The position numbers were made by a program, and so were the translations under genes. Of a stretch of DNA of 64,000 nucleotides, positions 49,598-63,059 are shown piece by piece; the stretch's first letter is position 1, and the number at the start of each line of letters is the position of its first letter. Source of the stretch: Phoronis australis (taxonomy: Eukaryota; Animalia; Phoronida); assembly GCA_002633005.1 (NCBI GenBank), contig NMRA01000110.1, positions 144,791 through 208,790 of the forward strand, given 5' to 3'. Below the pieces are notes generated by a model. The model was not told the DNA's origin and did not search any database. It saw only the letters and a program-made list of their open reading frames with translations.

Positions 49598-52500
49598 AAG
49601 TGCTTCACTGAGAATCTATGACTTAAACACCGCACAGATTTTCTGTTAAACACTCATGGCTTGTTGACATTACTATCAATACAATTCCTCATATTTTTAG
49701 AATTAATATTTTTATTCAGTTTAATTTTGTCATAAAACACAAGTCAGCAAGTGCTTCACTGAGAATCTATGACTTGAACACGGCATAGATTTTCTATTAA
49801 ACACTCATGGCTTGGTGATATTTCTAGAAATACAATTTTTCATAGTTTTAGAATTAATATTCTTATTCAGTTTAATTGGTACACCACGCAGATTTTCTTC
49901 AAACACTCACGGCTTGTTCATATTACTATAAATATAATTTCTCATAATTTTAGACTTGATATCTTTATTCAGTTCAATTTTGACGTAAAACACAAGTCAG
50001 AAGTGCTTCACTGAGAATCTATGACTTGAACACTGCTTAGATTTTCTGTTAAACACTCATGGCTTGGTGATATTACTATAAATAAAAATTTTCACAGTTT
50101 TAAAATTAATATTTTTATTCAATTTAATTTTGAAGTAAAACACAAGTTAGCAAGTGCTTCACTGAGAATTTATAACTTAAACACCGCACATATTTTCTGT
50201 TAAACACTCATGGCTTGTTGATATTACTATCAATACAATTCCTCATATTTTTAGAATTAATATCTTTATTCAGTTTAATTTTGTCATAAAACAAGTCAGC
50301 AAGTGCTTCACTGAGAATCTATGACTTGAACACCGCATAGATTTTCTATTAAACACTCATGGCTTGGTGATATTACTATAAATACAATTTTCATAGTTTT
50401 AGAATTAATATTTATATTCAATTTAATTTTGAAGTAAAACACAAGTCAGCAAGTGCTTCACTGAGAATCTATGACTTAAACAACACACAGATTTTCTGTT
50501 AAACACTCATGGCTTGTTGATATTACTATCAATACAATTTCTCATAATTTTAGAATTAATATTTTTATTGCTGCACTGAGAATCTATGACTTGAACACCG
50601 CATAGATTTTCTATTAAACACTCATGGCTTGGTGATATTTCTATAAATACAATTTTTCATAGTTTTAGAATTAATGTTCTTATTCAGTTTAATTGGTACA
50701 CCACGCAGATTTTCTTTAAACACTCATGGCTTGTTCATATTACTATAAATACAATTTCTTATAATTTTAGACTTGACATCTTTATTCAGTTTAATTTTGA
50801 CGTAAAACAAGTCAGAAGTGCTTCACTGAGAATCTATGACTTGCACACCGCACAGATTTTCTGTTAACCCTTATCCTGCGCTAGGCAAGGTCAGCCGACA
50901 AGTCTATTATCCTATTAAAATGCGTCAGGTGTACTCAATTGCCTAAAATAAGCTACGGCTAGACTGCGCAAGGAGAGTGTACTCACCCCAGGACACTGGT
51001 GTTTTTCATTCAGAAATTGTGAAAGCCCCGTATGCTGTTTATAAATGTGAGCATGCGCATTCCACAGTTCATAGTTTCCTGTACACTTTTCTGATTTACA
51101 ACATATGGCTGTGATTATTTGTTTCCGAGATATTTGGAAGTTTTTGCAAGTTTTATCTTGGCTGGTGCCAAACGTGGTAAGGTGACTAGTTTCTTGAGGA
51201 AGTGTTCATGGATTCAGATAGTGAAAACGAGCTGGAATTGGCACTCAAAAGTGACGGTGACAGTGACGGGAAAACTAACACAACAGTCACAAGTAATGCA
51301 GATTCTATTGTTTCGGATCTCAGTCAATTTTTGGATGAGCTACCGGTCCCTGAAGCTGAACTTGGAGTGTCCTACGACGATGCTTGGCTCACGCCCTTCA
51401 GGTATAATACAGGGCTTCTGAAACATGATGGAACTCATTCAGAATTAGATATTTTTGTGACTTTTGCACAGAATAGCTTTGTGTCCCCACCCGTGTTTCA
51501 AGTTTTTGCACACCAAGGTGAACATCTAAACAGACTTTAGCAAGCAACTGCACCAGTCATGAATTTGTAATCATGCAAAGTTGAGGTATGTTATATACTG
51601 TACATTTTGTTTGTAGATGTGATGTTACAGACAATAAATCTTCTTTACTAAACGCATTTCTCATGGGTTCTTTTTTAAAAATGCTTATTACGGTTTTTGA
51701 GCGTCAGCTCTGTTCTCATGTGCGAAAACAGATAAAAACAAAGTGAGTCCAGTTTGAAAGTTTATAGAATTATTTACACCAAGGCTATGGTAAAGATATG
51801 CACATCGTAAAAATTTCCATTGAATTCTGAACAACTTTTGTGCAGACCACTTTCATGTAAAGTTGATATCACCCCGTCAATCTAAAAATGTTAGGTCATT
51901 AATCTGAGTGACCTTCATCACAGCCCAGTGCGTGCAGCAGTGGTGACCTACTTAGCTCAGTGCACAGGGAAAGTTGTCTGAATAGAGGCTTGGCAGGATC
52001 ACTCATGGCTTGTAAATATTACTATCAGTACAACTTCTCATAATTTTAGAATAAATATTCTTATTCAGTTTAATTGGTACACCATGCAGATTTTCTTTAA
52101 ACACTCATGGCTTGTTCATATTACTATAAAAATAATTTCTCATAATTTTAGACTTGATATCTTTATTCAGTTCAATTTTGACGTAAAACACAAGTCAGAA
52201 GTGCTTCACTGAGAATCTATGACTTGAACACTGCTTAGATTTTCTGTTAAACACTCATGGCTTGATGATATTACTATAAATAAAAATTTTCATAGTTTTA
52301 AAATTAATATTTTTATTCAATTTAATTTTGAAGTAAAACACAAGTTAGCAAGTGCTTCACTGAGAATTTATAACTTAAACACCGCACATATTTTCTGTTA
52401 AACACTCATGGCTTGTTGATATTACTATCAATACAATTCCTCATATTTTTAGAATTAATATTTTTATTCAGTTTAATTTTGTCAAAAAACACAAGTCAGC

Positions 52501-53290
52501 AAGTGCTTCACTGAGAATCTATGACTTGAACACCGCATAGATTTTCTATTAAACACTCGTGGCTTGGTGATATTTCTATAAATACAATTTTTCATAGTTT
52601 TAAAATTAATTTTCTCTTTCAGTTTAATTGGAACACCACACAGATTTTTTTAAACACTCATGGCTTGTTCATATTACTATAATTACAATTTCTTATAATT
52701 TTAGACTTGACATCTTTATTCAGTTTAATTTTGACGTAAAACAAGTCAGAAGTGCTTCACTGAGAATCTATGACTTAAACACCGCACAGATTTTCTGTTA
52801 AACACTCATGGCTTGTTGATATTACTATCAATACAAGTTCTCATAATTTTAGAATGAATATTTTAATTCAGTTTAATTATGTCATAAAACAAGTCAGCAA
52901 CTGCTTCACTGAGAATCTATGACTTGAACACTGCATAGATTTTCTGTTAAGCACTCATGGCTTGGTGATATTACTATAAATACAAATTTTCATAGTATTA
53001 GAATTAATATTTTTATTCAATTTAATTTTGAAGTAAAACACAAGTCAGCAAGTGCTTCACTGAGAATCTATGACTTAAACACCTCACAGATTTTCTGTTA
53101 AACACTCATGGCTTGTTGATATTACTATCAATACAATTTCTAATAATTTTAGAATTAACATTTTTATTCAATTTAATTTTAATGTAAAACACAAGGTAGC
53201 AAGTGCTTCACAGAGAGTCTATGACTTGAACACTGCATACATTTTCTGTTAAACACTCATGGCTTGGTGATATTTCTGTCATAAATACAA
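49598..53290. repeat. AT-rich satellite, ~151-bp monomer with recurring shortened variants, split by a piggyBac insertion
   Basis: AAGTGCTTCACTGAGAATCTATGACTTxAACACCGCAxAGATTTTCTGTTAAACACTCATGGCTTG... repeated over 49598-50867 and 52000-53290. Confidence 0.95.
50868..51999 (+). mobile_element. piggyBac internal-deletion derivative
   Basis: TTAA|CCCTTATCCTGC left end; right end GCAGGAT lacks the terminal AAGGG and TTAA. Acidic transposase N-terminus (MDSDSENE...WLTPFRYNTG...ELDIF) is joined to a broken C-terminal Cys motif (CDFCTE*LCVP/PCFKFLH). Confidence 0.8.
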
Positions 53291-54787
53291 TTGATTGCTG
53301 TTTCAGAAGTAAGATTTTTGTTATTTTTAGTTATGATGTTAAAAACAAGTTGATGGGTGCTTCACAAGGATCCAGCACTTGAAAACAATGCACTGATTGC
53401 TTTTTAGTGTTTCTGTACATGCAGTTCATCGTTGTTTGAGAATTCAGATTTATTTAAAGCTGCAGTTTGCCTTGTTTAGCAAAAAAGAAAATTCTGCACT
53501 TTTTCTCCCACAAAATAGATCTAACATTCCCATACATTAGCATACGATGTTAGGTGCATGCAAATACAGGCAGGCAATGCCTACCTGACCATTTTCGAAT
53601 TCAAAATTTTACTGTTGGCCAACCAAAATTAAGTCCCAGTTGCTAATGGTTTCAATTTATAATACACATTATTTTGGATTAGTACAAATAATAATAGACA
53701 CATATACACTACTGCCTGAAATATACCGTTATAGCCTGCTAGCCAAGTAATTTGTGTTTTTGAGATCATGATAATGCAGTCATCTCAAATATAAAGCTAT
53801 GTTCTTTTTACACCCAGTAGTAAACCACCTTTTTTGTTTAATTATATTATGGCATAAAAATTAATGGATAAATAATTGATGATATTCTTGGTGATTTGTT
53901 TTGATGCGTATTTGTCTAATTAGAAATAACATTTGTATTGCTTGTCCATACCACATACAAGTAACCTACAGCTGTAGCTGGTGTTCATTCAGATTGTATG
54001 AAGGTTACTCACTGCATTTGATGAAACAAGTTCTTTCTTAACTGTGATTTTTACAGTCACACAGCTGTGGGGTGGATAGCTCAACATGAACAAACAACCT
54101 GTGTTACAGTAAGCACACTGATAATGCAACAAATTCCTCCTTACCCAGTCCATAGATATGTTTTGCAATGCATATATATTTACTGGTTTGTGCCAAGCAT
54201 TGAAACATGGATGTAATTCTAAACAGTCACAAATAATAGAACTTGGCTTGCATGAGAAATTCACACCCAATATCAAGTTTTTTCAAGTAATGCACCCTAT
54301 GAGTCAATAGAAGAAATAGTACCAAATAGCGAATTATGATACGAAATGTAAATAAAACAACTCACAGTACTCCAGAAATTCACGAGGACTCCTTGGGTAA
54401 AGTAGAAGTGATCGGGAGTCGAGAGATCTCTCTCTGGGAATTGTCAATAACTTTACTGTCAGTTGGCAGGAAGAAATCTACAACACAAAATTTTGAATCG
54501 CGTAAAATATAATTTATTACCAAGCTCAAGCAAGTTCAAGTAAGGCTGTTACTCTAGTGTGGAAAAGTCGGTAATGGTTAGATAAAATTGCCCGCATTTC
54601 GAGAACCAGTTTTCTCCACTTATTAAGGGGCATTAAACTGGTTCTCAAAACATGTGCATGTTATATCTGACCATTGCCAAAAATATCTTGCCTGTCTCAC
54701 TTCATAATCAAGCTCATAAAACATAAATACATGTGTGAATTAATTTTTCAGTGTTATTCTAATACACATCCTGCCTTAGTAGTCTTA

Positions 54788-55274
54788 AGGCCCTTTCATA
54801 TTGACAATCTGAGCGGAGCCTCGACATAAACAGCGCATTTAACTGGACCGTTCATACTGGCTCCAGTTGTTAATGAACATCGAAGTAAGCGGTTGGTGCC
54901 GCTGTCGTCATTGAAGTTATCGTAAGGTAGCGTTGCACGCTAAGATTTTTTTCAATGTTTCAATTTGGAAATATTTACATGTGCTAAGTAACATTAAACT
55001 TATTTTTAAATCGATTGGTTATTATAAGAGCAAAATATAAGCAGCTAATAGTGACGGCACTACCTTTTAACTGTTGACGATAACAGTGGCACCTGGCGAT
55101 AACATCGATTGGATCAGAGTTAAGCGTTCATACTGCACCGCAGCGTCTTAAATCCACCTGTTAACTGCGATGTTACCTGGAGCTGTTAACTGCGATCCAG
55201 GACCGGAGTTAAGCGTTCATACTGACCGCAACTCCCCAAACCATTGACGCATCGACGTTAGTATGAAAGGCCCT
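54788..55274. mobile_element. PIF/Harbinger MITE
   Basis: TTA|AGGCCCTTTCATA ... TATGAAAGGCCCT|TTA; internal GCGTTCATACTG repeats. Confidence 0.8.
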
Positions 55275-56218
55275 TTAAGGTAAAATTGCACCATAGTTTA
55301 TTGCGTTTGGTCAACCCTAAAATTGTAAATTCATCAATGGGGCATGCTTGTTCACATTGCCTGTGACTTAAACTGCTGGCTTATTTGACAATTTAAGATA
55401 AGCATATCAATGTTTTTAAACCTCAAAGCTCTTTAGTTAAGAATTCAACACTGACAACTAAATAGTGGCAAAATATCCCTTTAATAAATTATTTCAATTT
55501 TTTTCTTTGTATGTTGAGATCCATTGGCAACAAATTAACACAAAGTGACAATTACCAGAGAATATAAGTAAAACACTGACATTGATGGTGTCAGTATTCT
55601 TTTTCAACTCAAATGCTGTTAACCATAACTTGTCGGACAATTACTTATTCCTTCCCCCACATCTACAGTTCACACTGAGTAAGCCTTTGCAAGATTTATA
55701 TATCCACTTGCACATAATAGTGATGAGGGGATATAGGTGCTCAGCTTTTACTGTTAGATTTGATAAGATGGACTAAATAGTATTCCAGAATTTTCTGTTG
55801 ATTCATGATTCATGAATGATTTAAATAATATCGAGGAAAAATGGTAAAAATTCCTCTATTTGGGACACAAATGTGTCGTATGGCTACATTAGCTATGCAG
55901 ACCATGCTAAAAGCGAAGTAATTTTTCCTGAAAAGTTATTTTTGTTGAGAAATTTGGCAAAATAAAATTTCATTTGTCCACCATATCGTGTCTCAATCTA
56001 ATGAATTCTTACCCTAATATGACGTTTCATCATCAAAGGACTTGTGAACTTCTGTGCACAACCACTGGTTGAATGGCTGTTAGTCTAGCTTACCTGGACA
56101 TGTGCCAAGGTTTTATTTTAGGATTAAATTTTAATTTATGAATGAAAGTAATGTCACTTGTATAGTGAAGACCATTCATAACTCAAAAATTTTCATGCAC
56201 AAGTTTACCGTTTCTTAC

Positions 56219-56278
56219 CTTGAAAAGTTCCTTTTGCCTCAAGCAGTGTCCAGTGTATGGGTCGTGCAGTGTCCTTCA
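56219..56278 (-). CDS. Possible exon 5 of the minus-strand gene (VKDTARPIHWTLLEAKGTFQ)
   Basis: 60 nt, phase 1/1, open frame, strong donor AAG|GTAAGA, weak acceptor; phase-compatible with the preceding exon. Confidence 0.3.
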
Positions 56279-57710
56279 CTTGTTATTATCAGAATTTTAT
56301 AGGGTGCCGGTGCGCATGTCTGTCTTATGTTAGGTCATATCACCAGGCAATAGGTGGCAGTGTAGTGTAGTGTTAGGGAAGTATTGGATATCTGTGTGAG
56401 GCCACTATTGGATATGTGGGTGTAATGGGTTGGTTAAATAGGGGGTAGGGAATTACTGGATATCTGGGTGTAAGAGTGGTCTTGTGTTGACAGCTAGCTA
56501 TTCTAATTATATCCAAACTGGTGCTCTAAAAAAGTTTCCTTGAATGGATTTTTTGTTATTTGATATGTATTGAGCTATGTAGATAGTCTCAGCAATTCTT
56601 TAGCAACATTGAAAGCAGGGGTTAACCAGTCAACTGTCACGTGAGACTGCATAACAAAGAAGGAAAGGTGCACAGTAGTTAATGAACAGAGGTTTGAATT
56701 CAATACCATTGGATTATTGCTATGTTGGTCAATGAGTCTGTAACAAATCATATTTCTCTCTTGATGTTACTGTGCTGTGAATTTCTTGTTTGATATTTAA
56801 TTGAAATGCAGTCTTTACGTTTTAATTGCTTTAGGAATGTCTTTCAGTTTTTGTCTAATTACCAGTATTTTCACTCTTGAACACAATAATGCTACTTTTG
56901 CTGTTTCAACAAGTTAAAAGCAACTACACTAAATTAGAGACACTGTCACATTTTTAAAGGGAATTTGTATTAACTGAATTTTTAGTTAATTACTCTTGAC
57001 TCTGATGATCGAGCGTTTGTGTCCCCTTCCCAGTTCCTTGGTAGACGTTCTTGAAATTTGGCATTAGCGTATTTTTGATGTAAAGTTGTAACTGTTGTAA
57101 AGTTTTGATTATCATTCAAAATCATTATTGGAATGGTTATAGAAACATGTGAAACTCTGTTTGATTGGAAATAGGGAACTACACACAGAACAAAATCAAT
57201 CTTTATGTCTTAATGGCAGCGTGGGGTTGAACAAAGTGTTATTGGTATGTTGTTCAATGTTGTCTATTTGAAGTTGATACACTTGATAAGCCGGTCACTT
57301 CAAAATAAACTTATGTCAACAGTTGTATTGGTTGCTTAAGCCTAATTGTTTATTTTCGGTCAGCTTTTTGTTATTACAAAAACACACATCTGTTTGATCA
57401 CAGGATCAAACTTGCCGTAGAGCCTTCTGTTCAATACAAATGTTCAGAAGGAACCATAAGACAAACAAAATCTTAAAAGATTGATATTTGATAGATCATT
57501 AACTCTATTCAACAACCACTGGTGTGATAGAAAATGGTTTACCATTATGTTGTGGTTGAAGGTCAACACATCACGCATATCTGTGGTAAGAAGATAGAGC
57601 ACTGCTGTTAACAACTGATCTTGGATTAGTAAAAAATGAAAGATGGCATCCCAATTTCAATTTTGCACCTGACACCCACCAGCATTAACCCTTCAATTTG
57701 ACATTTCAAC

Positions 57711-57866
57711 CAGTGCTGTAGTGGTGAAATTAGAGGTAAGTAGGCGCCCAGAACTCACCGCATAACCTTGAGCACTGAACGTAACTTACGGTGCGAAGGC
57801 GTTATGTTCAAATGCCAAAAGGTGGTTGGCTACGCCTACGTGTGCCTACACCCCACAACAGCACTG
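57711..57866. mobile_element. hAT MITE
   Basis: TIRs CAGTGCTGTAGTGG / CCACAACAGCACTG; perfect 8-bp TSD ATTTCAAC on both sides. Confidence 0.9.
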
Positions 57867-58494
57867 ATTTCAACATCTTTTTACAATATGCATTTATGGA
57901 ACTGATTGAAAAACCAAAGTGCTCTATATAGACTATTACATTATGTTATCTATGTTAAATGAAATATTCGCAAGAGGATATCCAATACAAGTTGTTAAGA
58001 TCTGTGTTGTTGAACAATGGCTTATTTCTTATCAGTATCTGCTCTTGTGTTCATATCTGTTGTAGACAAGACCACATATTTCTTAAAGCCGTCTACTTCT
58101 GCTCAAATACGTCTATTTACAGACGAAATTAAATCAAAAACAAAAAACAACAACAGAGCAACATACTAGGCAAAATAATAAAAGGTGGATTACTGTACAA
58201 CTAACTAAGAGGATTGCTCTTTAGAGATTGTCCCCAGCATCAGGTTGTTCAACTGGTGCAATCCTTGATAACTAAAAGCTCTTTAGGGGCTGTTCAAATT
58301 GTCTTTTCTCAATTATTACTTGTCTCTTCCAGTGTGAGGTATAGACTAGCTTGGGTGACAATATGTTAAGTGTACAACATTATTTCACTTTAGTCATTAG
58401 CTACAGAGAGGTTATAAATATTGTGTACCAAGTATCACATGATTAATGTTGCCTGTATACATAGTCACATGCGGTCCATCCAGCTCTTACTGAG

Positions 58495-58990
58495 CAGCCC
58501 TCACTGAGTAACCCTTCAATCAGCTTTGTGTCTTTACAGCTATGTCACCAACCCATCACAAGGAGGCCCTCACTCCGGGTAGCCCGGCCTTCCATCAGCC
58601 TTGTGCCCATACAGCTGTGTTACCAACCCATCACAAGCATCCCTCACTCAGGGTATAGCCCTTCCATCAGCCTTGTGCCCGTACAGCTTTGTCACCAACC
58701 TATCACAAACATCCCTCACTCAGGGTAGCCCTTCCATCTGCCTTGTGCCCGTACAGCTGTGTTACCAACCTATCACAAGCATCCCTCACTCAGGGTAGCC
58801 CTTCCATCAGCCTTGTGCCCGTACAGCTTTGTAACCAACCTATCACAAGCATCCCTCACTCCGGGTCGCCCTCCCATCAGTCTTGTGCCCGTACAGCTTT
58901 GTAACCAACCACAAGCATCCCTCACTCAGGGTAGCCCTTCCATCAGCCTTGTGCCCGTACAGCTTTGTCACCAACCCATCGCAAGCAGCC
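58495..58990. repeat. ~70-bp minisatellite, 7 copies
   Basis: CAGCCTTGTGCCCGTACAGCTTTGTCACCAACCTATCACAAGCATCCCTCACTCAGGGTAGCCCTTCCAT units. Confidence 0.95.
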
Positions 58991-59632
58991 CTTGTTTCAG
59001 CAACTTCCCTGCTCTTTACTCCTATATCATGGTGCAGTGTCCTCAACTACAACTACTCACTCATTCCAAGTACCAGAGGTGGTGAGCCTGTAAAAGGTGA
59101 AGCATCGTCTCATAAGTGTGAACAAACTGTGTTTAACTTAGTTTGAGATCAAGGTCAATGTAATTGCTACAAGATAATCTGGACAATATCATATTGAATC
59201 TTTACATCTACATTATGCTTTGGGGTGCTGTGTTTACAGTGGGTCGTAAATGAGACTACCACCTCTCATTTAATTTCAACTCCAAATGCACATCAGTCAG
59301 ATTTATTCCCAACACTGAGGTTCATACCAGGCCTCAGGTTACCATGACAGTGCTGATATCATAATTCACACAAAAGGAACTTAGATCAGTGTTCATGACA
59401 ATGACTTGTACCATGTCTATTGACAAAGTACTACTTGTGTTTACGTATAATAAACATAATAGACTCATTCTGGAGCTTTGAGAACAACTGAGTTATTTTC
59501 ATTTTTGTCCTTTGTCTTGATTATTTTAATTTATTTCAAAATTTTCAATTTTAGGTTATCATACTGTTCGTCTTTTTAATTAAACTGTACTCCATATTAC
59601 TGATGGTGCAGTCCTTATTATTGCAATATTAC

Positions 59633-59831
59633 CTTTGTTGTGACAAGGTTGGGTCAGTACTTGTCCACTGTATGTCTGACCATAGACAGGATGGGTGTCC
59701 ACTCTCACCTCTTTACCTCTGACAGAATGACCTGCATCCAAGAACATCTTATTGGCAACAGTTTTTATGAACACAATGTGGATTTCTGAAAGAATTTTAG
59801 CTTTCAGTTGGGAAACTAGCTTACCACCGGA
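59633..59831 (-). CDS. Exon 4 of the minus-strand gene (acceptor could be 59831 or 59849)
   Basis: Open frame SGGKLVSQLKAKILSEIHIVFIKTVANKMFLDAG...GQVLTQPCHNK; phase-0 acceptor caacag; donor AAG|GTAATA. Confidence 0.45.
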
Positions 59832-60249
59832 CTGTTGTACACCAGTGAGCTTGAAGGTGGTGTAAGATTGAGTTACATGGTTGCATGCACTTCAAGATTA
59901 GAGCAATTAACTCAGTGAGGGTGGCATGGGAGACCAAGCTTTGTTTCCTTTTCTTAGATAACGGCCAAGTGAGTTTTGCTTTAGCGTAAGTTAGGCTCCA
60001 ATGTATTAGTCCGACAACAGCAACCACTGTTGATATCTATGATGAACTTGAGATATTTAACTGTTTTGAAGGAGGGAATTTGAAAACAATGAAATATGGT
60101 CACGTTAACCAATGCTTTATCGTGCAGCAGAAACTACCGTATGCAAAAATGATCCTGAGAACCCATGCTGGCTCTTGTGTAAGTCCCCAGTTGTCCTCTG
60201 GTTATACTGCACTGTTGCAGGTGTCTCTTGATCATTCTGGTACACATAC

Positions 60250-60329
60250 TTTAAGTAAAGTAATGTACAGATCAACAGTGGCAATGTCGTCCCCCTGTGC
60301 ACACGTTCTATGTCTTTTGGCCACAACTA
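60250..60329 (-). CDS. Exon 3 of the minus-strand gene
   Basis: tttgttccag|VVAKRHRTCAQGDDIATVDLYITLLK|gtatgt; phase 1 to phase 0. Confidence 0.5.
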
Positions 60330-60456
60330 CTGGAACAAATATTTAGAAGCTTTGCTTTTCACATTGTTATTGAACAGTATTTTCATGTAACTGAAGTTAC
60401 ATATATGTCCGGCCTTTCTGCTCCGAACCTCATATAGCATCCGTGCTTCATCTTAC

Positions 60457-60528
60457 CTAGATCATCTGTCGGATTGGCTAAAACATGGCCTCTTTCAGTG
60501 TACCTGTAGACTGCCCTCTGGCTACAAC
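60457..60528 (-). CDS. Exon 2 of the minus-strand gene
   Basis: gtcttgcag|GCSQRAVYRYTERGHVLANPTDDL|gtaaga; 72 nt, phase 1/1. Confidence 0.55.
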
Positions 60529-61011
60529 CTGCAAGACATATCACACACTAAAGTCCCGTCATCACTACTCCTGACATTACTCCAGGGCTTTTTAAACCAG
60601 CAAGGCCAGTAGAGCTTTTTGGTGAGCTTTCCATGAAGTCATTTAGCTAATCAGCCAATCAGTGAAATTACCATGCTTCAAAGAGTCATTAATATCCAGT
60701 GGAATTGAAATAATTGCCTGTTGTGTAAATATATCCTATTTGTGCAGGGAAATGATATTTTTGAATAATTTTTCACATCAGATCTTGAACATGAAATATT
60801 TCAGTTCCTGATCTTGTCATCACTTTATTGAACATTACGTAAATTCATTGTTTTGGTTTTCTTAATTGCTCTTACCACACTACAAGATCTTACGTCAGAC
60901 GTCAGCATTGCTGACATCAAATAAAGTGCTTATACCACAGTTTACCATGTTTTGACAAATTACTACATTGTCAGCATTATTAAACCTTCCTTTATAGCGC
61001 TGGGTATGATA

Positions 61012-61435
61012 AGTCCCGTTTAGACATCAACTTTTGGCCCGGCGCCACTGACACGTAGCAAATTGACTGGTGTCAAGGGGCCGTTTACACACACAACTCA
61101 CTAACTGTGGCAAGATGGAAAGTTGTATGCTGGAGAGACTGGATCACACATGTGCAGGTTTACAAATGTCGAGAGTTTCAGAGACAAAGAACCCGTACGT
61201 AGGTCATTGCACAAGCGCTGTAGAGATGATCTTTTCCGCCTTGCTCCAGTTACATGTTTAGACATATAATTGACACGGTGCAAGATGTTTGTGCGCAAAT
61301 TGCCCTACCTCACAAATGGGTGGCCAAATTTGTCACCGCGGTGTCAGTTTGCTCCGTGTCAGTCCTGTTTACACACTGGAACAACTCGTTCCATGTCAGC
61401 TGATCCGTGTCAACTTTTGAAGTGTAAACGGCTCT
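61012..61435. mobile_element. Harbinger-like MITE in an intron of the minus-strand gene
   Basis: ATA|AGTCCCGTTTAGAC ... GTGTAAACGGCTCT|ATA; internal TGACACG/CGTGTCA and GTTTACAC repeats. Confidence 0.65.
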
Positions 61436-61498
61436 ATAGACAATTGTGGTATTCCAGCATGTCACCTGTCTGTCTGTTACTGTAAAAGCACTGCTTAC

Positions 61499-61679
61499 CT
61501 GAGCAAACCTCTGCTTCTTGTAGGCTTACAGCTAAGTTTTCACTCCTCTGTTGACCTTGTAGCTGTAAGCTAATGATCTGTTTGTCCTGTTCATTCACCA
61601 AATGCTGCAATTCTTTTGCCTCTTGGCACATCCTTTCTATCTGATTTAGCACTGCCAACCTGGTCAATCTGTCCGACAT
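61499..61679 (-). CDS. First recognisable coding exon of the minus-strand gene (coiled-coil-like)
   Basis: Acceptor ttgcctttgcag at 61691, AAACATG start, MSDRLTRLAVLNQIERMCQEAKELQHLVNEQDKQIISLQ...EVCS, donor CAG|GTAAGC, phase 1. Confidence 0.6.
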
Positions 61680-62004
61680 GTTTATCCTGTCTGCAAAGGC
61701 AATGTATTTAGTGTGAAAACACAGAAGCCTCACTTTGATTGATTCTTAATCATATCACAGTGGCAAGTAGGTGGCTACTTCACTCCTATTATGAGTCAAT
61801 TAGGTACTGATTGTGGTTCAGTTGCTCTTTGGCTCAGGTATTACCATAACATAAACACAATAAACACAATGCCAGTAGCTCAGGAGAACATGGGGATAGG
61901 GATACCTCACACCTTTTTGTCATAAATTCCTACAGCAAGTGAATTTTGTCCACATTGATGAAAAGGTCAATTGGTGAATATTAGACATCCAGTGGATAAA
62001 TCTA

Positions 62005-62188
62005 TATAAAGAACTAAAACCTAATTATTGACTGAGAGTTTCCTTAGACATGGGATCACACAGTACATTTCATTCCACACCAGTATTGCTCAGTTGAAAT
62101 GTAAATACAGTGTGGAATGAAATGTAGTGCATGATCCCATGTCTAGGGAAACTCTCAGTCAAGTATTAGGTTTTAGTTCTTTTTTATA
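62005..62188. repeat. Long inverted repeat (hairpin MITE), ~75-bp arms
   Basis: AAGAACTAAAACCTAAT...CTGAGAGTTTCC...CATGGGATCA...CATTTCATTCCACAC is mirrored by its reverse complement across a short loop. Confidence 0.9.
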
Positions 62189-63059
62189 ATGATGTCAGAC
62201 CTGATGTTGGGATATTCTTGTTGTAGCGCCTAATGTTGGGATATTCTAGTTGTAGCGCTAAAATTTTTGCCAAATGTTTTTGGTGATACCATAACTATAA
62301 TGTACAATGTAAAATTTCCTGAAGAGTCAAATCTTATTGAAAAATTTTTAAAAATTAAATTTCACTAGTTTGCTGTACTATATCCTGCTGATGAATTTTC
62401 AACATGTTAAACAATCTTATTATTAAGCCTGCAGACATGCTCGCTGCACAAGCTAAGGTGAAGGTCACTTTGTGTATCAGCGCTATCTTGGCAATAACTT
62501 TTGTCCCTCAACCAACCGAGTGGAATGAGGCAAGGCAACCAACTGTGTCTCAGAATGATGATGTCATCATCTACTGTTTAGTTGGATGGATGTCCCTTAA
62601 CTGACTTTGATGTTTACATTGATGCTTTTCTTGTAGTGGAATTAAATTACTATGAAAGGGCCTATAGTTCACAATTGAAATAGAGTTATGCAGCTGGAAC
62701 TTTCTTTGTAAAATTTCTGAACAACAAAAAACATGAAAACTACGTCATCCACTTAGCATTATTTGTATTTTGGAGCTGTTAAAACAAATTTGACAAAAAC
62801 TTGATGATTGGAGCAAAGCAGTTAACAATCAAAAAAATAAAAATTACTATTTTGGCATTTATTTTTGTGCAAAACATCAGAAGAATTACTGCATCACCAT
62901 ATACTTAATGTCTGATGTAGAAGGATTAATAAATACTTACAACAGGCACCTGTTGAGGTTATCTGTATTGACTCATGATCCTGTTATTCAGAGAATAAAT
63001 TCTCTACTACTTGAAACTGTGTGTGCAGGGGGAGGGGAGGGGGGGTTGAGACAAAGTAC

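Noticed and set aside
53989-54276. Cys/His-rich ORF faintly like the P2X7 C-terminal domain, or a further exon of the antisense gene
   Set aside because: Similarity is limited to a few residues and no convincing acceptor was found.
58528-59146. Overlapping repetitive ORFs
   Set aside because: Translations of the 70-bp minisatellite.
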